Of a DNA stretch of 64,000 nucleotides, positions 17,681 through 25,800 are shown piece after piece (position 1 is the stretch's first letter; the number at the start of each line of letters is the position of its first letter). The notes beneath the pieces were generated by a model. It did no database searches. It saw nothing but the letters and a program-made list of their open reading frames with translations, and had not been told where the DNA came from. The translations under genes and the position numbers were made by a program. Source of the stretch: Candidatus Poribacteria bacterium (GTDB lineage Bacteria; Poribacteria; WGA-4E; PCPOR2b); assembly GCA_021295755.1 (NCBI GenBank), contig JAGWBT010000003.1, positions 43,129 through 107,128 on the forward strand. Reading direction: 5' to 3'.

Positions 17681-20600
17681 GTGAGGAGCAATAAAGAAAT
17701 TCAGGTTGAGGAAAAATCTTACGCAGCACTGTTTTTTATCCTTTCCGGTTTGTTGGGATTCGTTACGCTGTGGGGTTTCTATAACGAGACTATCACTAGA
17801 CGACCATGGAAGGAAATTCAGCGGCAATTTTACGAATACGAATATCAAAAAACCAAGATCGATTTGGAAAAGGCAAAACAGGATCTGCCTGAGATTGAAG
17901 CACCTCAAGAAATTGACCCTAAACAGGAGAGCAGCCTAAAAGGTGCGATTGCGAAGTTGCAGATAAAACTGGACGAAGCCCTGCAGGAACGCAAATTTGA
18001 TCAGAGTGAATCGGATGCAATCAATTATAAATATCAGCATGCACTGCACCACGGGGAACAAGAGAAAGCCGAAAAATGGAAAAAGAAATTAGACGAATTT
18101 GAAAGTCGGATTGAGGGACCATTGACGGACGCTGTACTGGAGGCGGAGCGGAATCTTGCCGATGCTTATAAGGATCTCGCTGAGCTTTATGATACCAATG
18201 GACACGTTGAGGCAGCGTTAAGTGAATATCTCCTTGTTCGAAAATATAATGCAGCAGACTCGACAGCTTCGGCGAAGATTGATGAACTTCAGGCGAAAAT
18301 TGAGGATGCGAAAGCGGATAAAGCCAAATACGCTGAGGTAGACAGACTTGAGGAGAAGCTCCATTCCGTTGGCGGTATTAAGCGCACTTTCATCGGCACG
18401 TTGGCGGAAAGCCCCTTCACAAAGACGCGCACGGTTGTGCAATACTACATTGAAGATTTTGACTATACGGCAGATCGATGTGCAACCTGTCACTTCGCTT
18501 CGGACAAAGCTGGATATGACAAGTTCGCCAAAGAGCAGTTTGAGGAAATCGAGGGGGATGGCGAAAGCCTGTTGACACTCCAATTAAAACATCCCTACAT
18601 TAATACAGATAGCGAAACGGTGCTCATTGATGAGGAAGATGCCGAAGAGGGTAGCTATGAGTTAAGCGAAGACGGCAAGTTGACCTTCACCGATCCGGAT
18701 GTTTTTGCCGATCTCGTCGAAATCGCGTATGAAACCGGATATGATCCCGTGCTTCGGACGCACCCCCACCGGGATGTGCTGCTCGGTAAACACCCCGGTG
18801 AAAGATTTGGATGCACCCCCTGCCACGGCGGACAGGGACAAGGTCTGACTCAAATAGCCGCACACGCCCTAGACCATAAGAAGGAGTATTGGTTGACACC
18901 TGTCTTGGGGTTGGATGAACACACAGGTAAGGCTTCAGAAGAATTGCACGGCTACATGGAGTCTAATTGTCGGCGCTGCCATGATGGCGTGATGATGCTA
19001 GACGCTCCGAATCCAGAGACAGGGCAGCTCCAAGATTATTCACCGGTTCTCTCGAAGGGAATGGCACTCTTTGAGGATATCGGGTGTCATGGCTGTCATG
19101 CTGTTGAGGGATATTCCGTGTTAGCGGACCTCGACCAAGTTGGTCCATCGCTTGCTAAAGTCGGTAGTAAAGTCAATGGTGTTGACTGGTTGGAAGGGTG
19201 GATTAAGCAGCCCACCGCCTATCTACCAGAGACCAAGATGCCAGATTTCTTCCCCGTCGAAAAGTTGACCCAAGCGGTTTATCTCAAAAATGGAAATAAG
19301 CACTACGGCGTCGTCACCAAGACCGACACCGGCATTATTCTCCAAAAAGACGATGGCACGAAATATCCTTATCCTGACACCGCTGTTGAAAGGGTTGTTG
19401 ATGAAGTGAAATCAATTGCGGCATACTTGGCACAGATGAAAGACCCGGCGATAGATCAGGCCGATACCTCATACTCGACGGCATCCCGTGCGATTGCTGC
19501 CGGTGAACAGGTCGTTAAATCTGTTGGCTGCCTGTCATGTCATGCAGTTGATGGACTCGGAAGCGATTTCGCACCAAAATTGGATAATGTGGGCAGCAAA
19601 CTCACACCACAATTTCTCCGTCAATGGATCAGCGATCCAAAATCTTACGACCCCGACACCGCTATGCCCAGCCTCCGTTTGACCAAAACTGAGGTGAACA
19701 ATGCGGTTGCCTATCTGATGTCGTTGCAAGAGACGGCAATCTCTCCTATTGCCGGCAACGAAAATCCGCACGCAGCGGTTGATCCGATGGAAGGCGAAAA
19801 GCTAGTTCGCACCTACGGTTGCTTCGGTTGCCATAACATCCCCGGCTTCGAGAATGAGTCGAAGGTCGGTGCAGATCTCGGCGAATTTGGCGCCAAGACC
19901 GTTGAGGAACTAGACTTTGGAGATACGACGGATATCGAACACAGTTGGCACGGTTGGACAATCGGCAAGGTGACCAATCCAAGACGCTATCAAACGCGTC
20001 GCATTGTATCCCGGATGCCCGTCTTTAGTGAACACACCATCGGCGAGGAAGAGGCACGTGCCCTCGCTGTTCTGCTCAAGAGTTTCCAACCCGTAAAATA
20101 CCCTGTGAGCTACCTCCACCAACCGAGCGAAAAAACATGGCAGGTTGATGCCGGACGCCGTCTCGCCAAAAAATACAACTGTACCGGCTGCCATGAGATT
20201 GAAGGAAAAGGCGGCGATTTTGTCAATGTTGTTGCCGCTAATGAAGACCTAGACCTACTAAACGCCAAGCGCTTCGCCCCGCCTACTCTGCAAGCGCAAG
20301 GTGCTAAGGTTTATCCGGAGTGGTTGTTTGAGTTCCTGAAATCACCTACTCCTATCCGCTACGGGCTTGAAGTTCGGATGCCGACTTTCGGTTTAGCAGA
20401 CGAGGAAGCGACTGCGCTTGTCAAATACTTCTCTGCGCTTGACGATGAGGTTTTCCCGTATGAGACCATCGCATTACAACCGGCGTCGCGAGGGGAGCTC
20501 CGTGTCGGCAAACAGATCTTTGACGCGCTCCAGTGTATCTCCTGCCACCCGGAACAAGGCGAAGTTATACCACCGGGCAGCGATAAAACCGGACGCCCCG

Positions 20601-20806
20601 ACCTTGCATTAGCGAAGGGTCGTCTCAAAGCGGACTGGGTCATTGAATGGCTCAAGGATCCACAATCCTTCCAACCGGGGACTGCGATGCCGCAAGCTTG
20701 GCCCAAAATCGGCGGCGCATATCAACCTGTTGATGGGTTTGCAGTCGATGATGCCGAAGAGCAGATCCGGCTGGTGAGAGATTACCTCAACTCGCTGGGC
20801 GAGTAA
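17681..20806 (+). CDS. Membrane-anchored octaheme c-type cytochrome of the bc complex, with a long coiled-coil-like linker
   Basis: Eight CxxCH motifs: CATCH, CTPCH, CRRCH, CHGCH, CLSCH, CFGCH, CTGCH and CISCH. It has an N-terminal TM helix and a GTG start with an AGGAG RBS. Confidence 0.8.
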   Translation: MRSNKEIQVEEKSYAALFFILSGLLGFVTLWGFYNETITRRPWKEIQRQFYEYEYQKTKIDLEKAKQDLPEIEAPQEIDPKQESSLKGAIAKLQIKLDEALQERKFDQSESDAINYKYQHALHHGEQEKAEKWKKKLDEFESRIEGPLTDAVLEAERNLADAYKDLAELYDTNGHVEAALSEYLLVRKYNAADSTASAKIDELQAKIEDAKADKAKYAEVDRLEEKLHSVGGIKRTFIGTLAESPFTKTRTVVQYYIEDFDYTADRCATCHFASDKAGYDKFAKEQFEEIEGDGESLLTLQLKHPYINTDSETVLIDEEDAEEGSYELSEDGKLTFTDPDVFADLVEIAYETGYDPVLRTHPHRDVLLGKHPGERFGCTPCHGGQGQGLTQIAAHALDHKKEYWLTPVLGLDEHTGKASEELHGYMESNCRRCHDGVMMLDAPNPETGQLQDYSPVLSKGMALFEDIGCHGCHAVEGYSVLADLDQVGPSLAKVGSKVNGVDWLEGWIKQPTAYLPETKMPDFFPVEKLTQAVYLKNGNKHYGVVTKTDTGIILQKDDGTKYPYPDTAVERVVDEVKSIAAYLAQMKDPAIDQADTSYSTASRAIAAGEQVVKSVGCLSCHAVDGLGSDFAPKLDNVGSKLTPQFLRQWISDPKSYDPDTAMPSLRLTKTEVNNAVAYLMSLQETAISPIAGNENPHAAVDPMEGEKLVRTYGCFGCHNIPGFENESKVGADLGEFGAKTVEELDFGDTTDIEHSWHGWTIGKVTNPRRYQTRRIVSRMPVFSEHTIGEEEARALAVLLKSFQPVKYPVSYLHQPSEKTWQVDAGRRLAKKYNCTGCHEIEGKGGDFVNVVAANEDLDLLNAKRFAPPTLQAQGAKVYPEWLFEFLKSPTPIRYGLEVRMPTFGLADEEATALVKYFSALDDEVFPYETIALQPASRGELRVGKQIFDALQCISCHPEQGEVIPPGSDKTGRPDLALAKGRLKADWVIEWLKDPQSFQPGTAMPQAWPKIGGAYQPVDGFAVDDAEEQIRLVRDYLNSLGE

Positions 20807-20810
20807 TGTG

Positions 20811-20837
20811 GTCAGCATACTCCGTATGCCGTGACCT
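20811..20837. repeat. 3'-UTR hairpin element GGTCAGCATAC-TCC-GTATGCCGTGACC
   Basis: Same family as 15734-15758 and 22618-22643. It lies 5 nt after the stop codon. Confidence 0.55.
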
Positions 20838-20875
20838 CCGTGGTTCATGTGAAAAAAATGTGTGAAGCGATCCAA

Positions 20876-20908
20876 AGAAACCGAGCTTTTTCTTGAAAAC
20901 TCGGTTTC
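20876..20908 (+). terminator. Hairpin AGAAACCGAGCTTTT-TCTTG-AAAACTCGGTTTC
   Basis: A 12 to 13-bp near-perfect stem followed by T-rich sequence. An almost identical hairpin lies at 25609-25640. Confidence 0.5.
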
Positions 20909-20982
20909 TTTCCACGATTTCTTAACATAAGCGATGACGTGTATTCAATCCTTCCTATCGTGGTACTAAAAGGGGGCTACAA

Positions 20983-22620
20983 ATGCTTCAAGCCAATCCC
21001 TCCGTATCTTCCGAAGCCTCAACAGCAGGAAATAGTGGCCAACGTATCCTCATCGGCATCGTTATCGCCATCATCGTTGGGCTTATTGTCGGTGGTTGGA
21101 TACCAAACTTCGCCGCAAAGACAACCCTGCTCGGCGACATATTCTTGAATGCCCTAAAAATGATTGTCGTCCCGCTGGTCATGTTTTCAATGATTGTTGG
21201 CATTACCGGCTTAGGGGACATTCGCAACCTCGGCCCAATAGGTGGACGCACTGTCCTCTATTACATGGCGACCACTGGGATTTCCGTGCTCATCGGTATC
21301 ATTTTGGTCAACATCACCCAACCGGGGAAAGGAATTTCTCGCGGCGCAGATTATCCAGAGTATACCTACACCGTTGGTGGCGAAAACAATCGCACTGTTA
21401 CGTTCACCAACGGCACCTGGGAGAACACACGTTTTGACGACAGGTATGTCCTGATTTTATCCGATCAAGGGGTGCAAGGTGCGATTCAGTCAATGACTGA
21501 AAACTCCGCTACAGTAAAGTTGTGGGAACCCACCCAAGGCGGTGAGGAGGTCTATATTGAGGCGGAGGATGGCACACGCCTGCCTTTTCGGCGGGTCGGA
21601 GGGCAGCTCGTTTCCGATGAACCGGAGCTGCAACCCGGAGGAAAAGGCGTAAAAATTGACCTACCTATCGCCGGGGCAGTTCGCGGCAAAGAAGAGCGAA
21701 ACATCGGCAACATCTTGTCGGAAGTCCTGATTGGAAACGAAGAAACCGGAAAAGAGGGCTTGATTCCGCGAAACCTGTTCAACGCGATGGTACGGACTGA
21801 CATCCTCCCGTTGATCTTTTTCTCGTTGCTGATCGGCAGCGCATTTTCCATCTTGGGTGAACGTGGACAGAATGCCATTAATTTTATTTCGGTGCTGAAC
21901 GATGGTGTCATGCGTATTGTGCACTGGATCATGATTTTCGCGCCAATCGGTATCTTCGGATTAGTTGCAGGTCGTATTGGACGCGCCGGTGGATTCACCA
22001 AATTTCTGCCTGAACTGCTTGCAGTTGGGAAATATAGTTTCACAGTCCTATTTGGACTCGCTATACACGCCGTTGTTGTGTTGCCGCTAATCCTCCTGCT
22101 AATTGGTAGACGGAATCCGTTGACCTACGTAAAGGGGATGGGAGCAGCGCTGCTAAACGCTTTCTCCACAGCATCAAGCTCAGCGACACTGCCGTTGACA
22201 ATGGAAGGCACTGAGAAGAAAAATGGCATATCCAATCGGACTTCAAGTTTCGTCTTACCACTTGGTGCAACAATTAATATGGACGGCACTGCCCTCTACG
22301 AAGCCGTTGCTGCGATGTTTATCGCACAGGTCTACGGAATAACCCTCGGTCCTGTGGAGCAGATTGTTATCTTTCTGACCGCGACGATTGCCGCTATCGG
22401 GGCTGCAGGTATCCCTGAGGCGGGGCTTGTGACAATGGTGATTGTCTTAAAAGCCGTTGGATTGCCGATTGAAGGTATTGGATTGATCCTGACTATCGAT
22501 TGGTTCCTTGACCGATGCCGGACAACCATCAACGTCTGGGGCGATAGTGTGGGTGCTGGTGTAATTGAGACGCTTGAATCGAGGACTGCTCCAGAACAGG
22601 AGGCAGACTCCTTAAGGTAG
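20983..22620 (+). CDS. Dicarboxylate/amino acid:cation symporter (DAACS, GltP-like) with an insertion of about 140 aa in a hydrophilic loop
   Basis: DAACS TM-core signatures (MIVVPLVMFSMIVGITGLGD; ATINMDGTALYEAVAAMFIAQ) plus a long insert from GADYPEYTYTV to LIGNEE. Confidence 0.75.
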   Translation: MLQANPSVSSEASTAGNSGQRILIGIVIAIIVGLIVGGWIPNFAAKTTLLGDIFLNALKMIVVPLVMFSMIVGITGLGDIRNLGPIGGRTVLYYMATTGISVLIGIILVNITQPGKGISRGADYPEYTYTVGGENNRTVTFTNGTWENTRFDDRYVLILSDQGVQGAIQSMTENSATVKLWEPTQGGEEVYIEAEDGTRLPFRRVGGQLVSDEPELQPGGKGVKIDLPIAGAVRGKEERNIGNILSEVLIGNEETGKEGLIPRNLFNAMVRTDILPLIFFSLLIGSAFSILGERGQNAINFISVLNDGVMRIVHWIMIFAPIGIFGLVAGRIGRAGGFTKFLPELLAVGKYSFTVLFGLAIHAVVVLPLILLLIGRRNPLTYVKGMGAALLNAFSTASSSATLPLTMEGTEKKNGISNRTSSFVLPLGATINMDGTALYEAVAAMFIAQVYGITLGPVEQIVIFLTATIAAIGAAGIPEAGLVTMVIVLKAVGLPIEGIGLILTIDWFLDRCRTTINVWGDSVGAGVIETLESRTAPEQEADSLR

Positions 22621-22643
22621 TAGGCAGACTCCGTATGCCGTAA
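22618..22643. repeat. 3'-UTR hairpin element GTAGTAGGCAGAC-TCC-GTATGCCGTAAC overlapping the symporter stop codon
   Basis: Same family as 15734 and 20811. There is one stem mismatch. Confidence 0.5.
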
Positions 22644-22729
22644 CTGTGTAGCTCCAGAACAAGGGTCAGATTCCCCCGCACTGTCGAGTTAAGTGGAATC
22701 ATGCGAATAACAAAGGTGGTATCGTTCAA

Positions 22730-23104
22730 ATGATTCGACATCTTCTCATCATCGTTGGGATATTTGCCGCTAGTATGAGTTGGCTGATTTGGCTCTGTCG
22801 GGCGGTAGACCCCAGTACACGATACGGCTCCGAAGTCGAGTACAATTATGCTAGATATTGTGCCGGTTGTCATGGTGCGAACGGTGAAGGCAATGGACGG
22901 ATTGGACGGTTCAAAAAGCTAGAACCTGCAGATCTGACGACAACCGAATTTTGGGAGGGTCGTACCGACGAACAACTTATCCACAGTATTGATGCCGGCA
23001 AGGATAATATGCCGGCATTTTTTTACTACCTAACCGATGAAGAACAGTGGGAACTGTTCGAGTTTATCAAAGAGACTTTTCGACCAACGCCGACGCATGA
23101 TTAG
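22730..23104 (+). CDS. Monoheme class-I c-type cytochrome, membrane-anchored
   Basis: CAGCHG heme motif and an N-terminal hydrophobic helix; 124 aa. Confidence 0.75.
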   Translation: MIRHLLIIVGIFAASMSWLIWLCRAVDPSTRYGSEVEYNYARYCAGCHGANGEGNGRIGRFKKLEPADLTTTEFWEGRTDEQLIHSIDAGKDNMPAFFYYLTDEEQWELFEFIKETFRPTPTHD

Positions 23105-23268
23105 GCACATCGTTTTTCTCGTTATGTGTCGTCAGACAGAGTAAAACCTCCTCAACCACTTCATTGCAAAACTAGCTACGGGTATAGTTATGGGGAACAG
23201 ATACGAAAATGTGCGTATCCGTTTTGCCCATCCTAACCTTTTTAGTTTCAAAACTAAGGAGGTTCAAA

Positions 23269-24195
23269 ATGAACATCGGAAGATTCACCAAATTCGCTTC
23301 TGTACTGACGATTGTTGCCCTGATTGTGGGGCTTTCAGCCTGTGACCAAATCGGACAACTTCTCCTCCCTGCTCCTACACCACCTGAGATGGACGGGCTT
23401 CCCGGAGAAATTATCATCGGTGTCTCCCTGCAGCTGGAAGGCGAAGATGCCACTCGCTTCCGCTGCCGGTCTGAGCGCGCTTAGCGATTTGTTTTCCGGA
23501 CAGGGCTCCCCACAAATGTGCTAAATCCAGCGGGTATCCGGGTGAGTCAGGCGAAACTCGGCTATCAACGGGCAGCACTGATATATGATGAGGCCGATGT
23601 CTATTCCACGAGTAGCAACGAGGAGGTAAGTAAAGCCCTTGCTGCTAGTGGTGTCGATATTGTGATTACAGAGACCATCCAAACCGATGGGACTGATTTT
23701 AGGTCACAATTAACTCGGATAATGGAGACAAATCCTGAGGCTGTCTTTATCTCCGCCTTATCCGCCCAGATGACTGATATTATGATTCAAGGGCGTGAGG
23801 TCGGTATCCCTGCCTCTGTTACGTACATTGTTCCCGATCTGACCGGAATCGAAGTGCAAATCGCAGGGGAAGCCGCCGAGGGGGCGATTGCTTTTACCAA
23901 TTGGAGTGCTATGGCTGACACCCCGGGCAATCAAGCTTTTGTCGAGAATTACCGGGCGAAATATGGTATCGAAGCTGGTCCCTGGGCCGCACAGTCGTAT
24001 GCTACCCTTTATATTCTAGCAGAAGCGATTGCGAATGCACAATCCACCGAGGCAACGGCAGTTCGGGACGCACTCGCAAAGACCATGGATTTCCCCACCG
24101 TTATGGGGAATTTCTCTTTTGATGAAGTCGGGGACGCGGTTTACGACCCAATTATACTGACTGTTGAAAATGGCGAACTTGTCGCATTTGAGTAA
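23269..24195 (+). pseudogene. Degraded branched-chain amino-acid ABC substrate-binding protein (LivJ-like): lipoprotein signal peptide and the C-terminal two-thirds survive in three different frames
   Basis: The signal peptide with a lipobox (LIVGLSAC) and GEIIIGVS are in frame A. ...AAGLSALSDLF is in frame B. The LivJ-like remainder (NPEAVFISALSAQ...AIAFTNW...FDEVGD) is in frame C. About 100 residues of the N-domain are missing. Confidence 0.65.
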
Positions 24196-24217
24196 GTCTC
24201 AGTGGTAAATATGCATG

Positions 24218-24270
24218 ACCGACCCCTGTTATCAGTCGTTTGCTGATGGCAGGGGGTCGGTTCTAATTTG
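24218..24270 (+). terminator. Hairpin ACCGACCCCT...AGGGGGTCGGT followed by TCTAATTT
   Basis: A roughly 10-bp GC-rich stem, with a nested small hairpin in the loop. It sits right after the LivJ-like pseudogene. Confidence 0.4.
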
Positions 24271-24687
24271 GTAACCCCTCGTTGTAAAGGAGGTTGCCTT
24301 AAAATGAAATTCACATCAAGGAGAGTTACCGGTCAGATCTGGTATACCACTGTTCTCGGAGTGACCATCTACGTTTTTTTGTTCTTGGTTGCGTATATAT
24401 GGATTGACCATGCTTCTAACCGCGAGGAATTCCCTATCCATATACTCGGTCCGATGTATATCGGCCTTTCGTTCTACCAGATCTTATCCATCATCAACGT
24501 TGCATGGTTGTTCTTTCTAATGGCAGATCTGTCCTCCGCGCTGCGCTTACTAACCCCTCCACGAAAAGGAAAACTTCGAGGTATCGTGATACGCCTAGGC
24601 AGCATCCTGTTATCAATTGCAGCGGTTGTTACGGTGCAGTGGGCTGCCTCGTCGCTAAAACGTGTGGCCGACGCTTACGCGATCTAA
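24268..24687 (+). CDS. Hypothetical small integral membrane protein
   Basis: ORF with 3 to 4 predicted hydrophobic helices. No recognisable motif, and the start is uncertain (an ATG at 24304 is an alternative). Confidence 0.35.
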   Translation: MVTPRCKGGCLKMKFTSRRVTGQIWYTTVLGVTIYVFLFLVAYIWIDHASNREEFPIHILGPMYIGLSFYQILSIINVAWLFFLMADLSSALRLLTPPRKGKLRGIVIRLGSILLSIAAVVTVQWAASSLKRVADAYAI

Positions 24688-24717
24688 TTACATCCGCCAA
24701 CCATAAGCAGATAATAT

Positions 24718-24781
24718 TCACGGATATCCGTGACATCTTCTTTTTTAACCCTTGATTCCCCTTTTCGTATGCTGCTATCAT
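24718..24781 (+). promoter_or_regulatory. Candidate promoter of the cupredoxin/bd-like/cytochrome-c operon: palindrome TCACGGATATCCGTGA, then TTGATT, an 18-bp spacer and TGcTATcAT
   Basis: Identical 16-bp palindrome and near-identical geometry to 15067-15129. Confidence 0.5.
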
Positions 24782-24845
24782 AAATACCATCAACATACAA
24801 TCATTTCAACATCGGACTTAAATAAAGAAAGGATCGGTTCAAATC

Positions 24846-25595
24846 ATGAAAACTGCAATAACTCTGGCCGCACTCAGCTTTATGCTCATCGCAAGCCTGA
24901 CGTATGCCGGCACAATCACCGGAACAGTTATGTATGATGGGGAGGCCCCAGCACGCCCAGCGATGCAAGCGACCAAAGACCAGCACTGTGTTGATTCGCT
25001 AAAAAATGGCAAATCTGAAGCCCTTGTAGTCTCTAAAGGCAAAGGAATTAAAAACGTCGTTGTCTACTTGCGGGCACGAGGCGCGAAGCCAACAATTCCC
25101 ACCAAAAATCCAGTCATGGATCAGGTCAACTGCATGTACTATCCGCATGTCCTCGTTGTGACCGCAGGCACCACAATAGATGTGACCTCCAGCGACCCGG
25201 TTGCCCATAACGTCCATTCTCATGCAACGAAGAACGAGGCACCGAATTGGCAAATACCGGGTCCCGGTAAAAAGTTGCCTCTGAAACTAGAAAAACGTGA
25301 AGCTATTAAATTCACCTGCGACATCCACAATTGGATGACGGGATATATCTTTGTTACGGACAATGACTATTACGCTGTGACCGGCTATAAGGACAAAGAC
25401 GGCAAATGGATCAGTTCCGATGCCTACGAAGGTTCGAGCGATACGGGTGCCTACATGATCAAAGATGTTCCCGCCGGCAAATACCGGGCTATAGCATGGC
25501 ACGAGGAGCTTGGAGAGACCAAAGCTCAGGTTGTCGAAGTTGCAGACGGAGACGTTGAGATTAACTTTACCAGTGCTGATTTCAAGAAGAAGTAA
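24846..25595 (+). CDS. Secreted cupredoxin-like (type-1 copper, plastocyanin/amicyanin-like) protein
   Basis: Signal peptide; copper-ligand pattern H (VAHNVHSH) ... C-x2-H-x2-M (TCDIHNWM). It is paralogous to 31850-32629. Confidence 0.6.
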   Translation: MKTAITLAALSFMLIASLTYAGTITGTVMYDGEAPARPAMQATKDQHCVDSLKNGKSEALVVSKGKGIKNVVVYLRARGAKPTIPTKNPVMDQVNCMYYPHVLVVTAGTTIDVTSSDPVAHNVHSHATKNEAPNWQIPGPGKKLPLKLEKREAIKFTCDIHNWMTGYIFVTDNDYYAVTGYKDKDGKWISSDAYEGSSDTGAYMIKDVPAGKYRAIAWHEELGETKAQVVEVADGDVEINFTSADFKKK

Positions 25596-25608
25596 CACTG
25601 CCGACGCA

Positions 25609-25640
25609 GAAACCGAGTTTTTTCTTCAAAACTCGGTTTC
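25609..25640 (+). terminator. Hairpin AGAAACCGAGTTTT-TTCTTC-AAAACTCGGTTTC
   Basis: 13-bp perfect stem, 14 nt after the stop codon; near-identical to 20876-20908. Confidence 0.5.
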
Positions 25641-25703
25641 TCTGAACGTTTTCCACTTTTTTTGACATGAAACCCGTGGGTCAGATACCAATGAACAAAT
25701 TGT

Positions 25704-25730
25704 GTTTACGTTTTACGCATCACGTTTTAA
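25704..25730. repeat. GTTTACGTTTTACGCATCACGTTTTAAGC direct-repeat motif upstream of the bd-like gene
   Basis: Same motif family as 14990-15022 and 61427-61455. Confidence 0.5.
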
Positions 25731-25800
25731 GCCCTTGGTGTTTGGCATTTGCTTTTGGCATGAGCCTCGATATTAAGTCTGGAGTGACAGAGAAAAACCA

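Noticed and set aside
25736-25790. Possible sigma-54 promoter (TGGCAT...TTGCT) upstream of the bd-like gene
   Set aside because: The GG and GC elements are not separated by the required 10 nt. I see no supported -24/-12 geometry.
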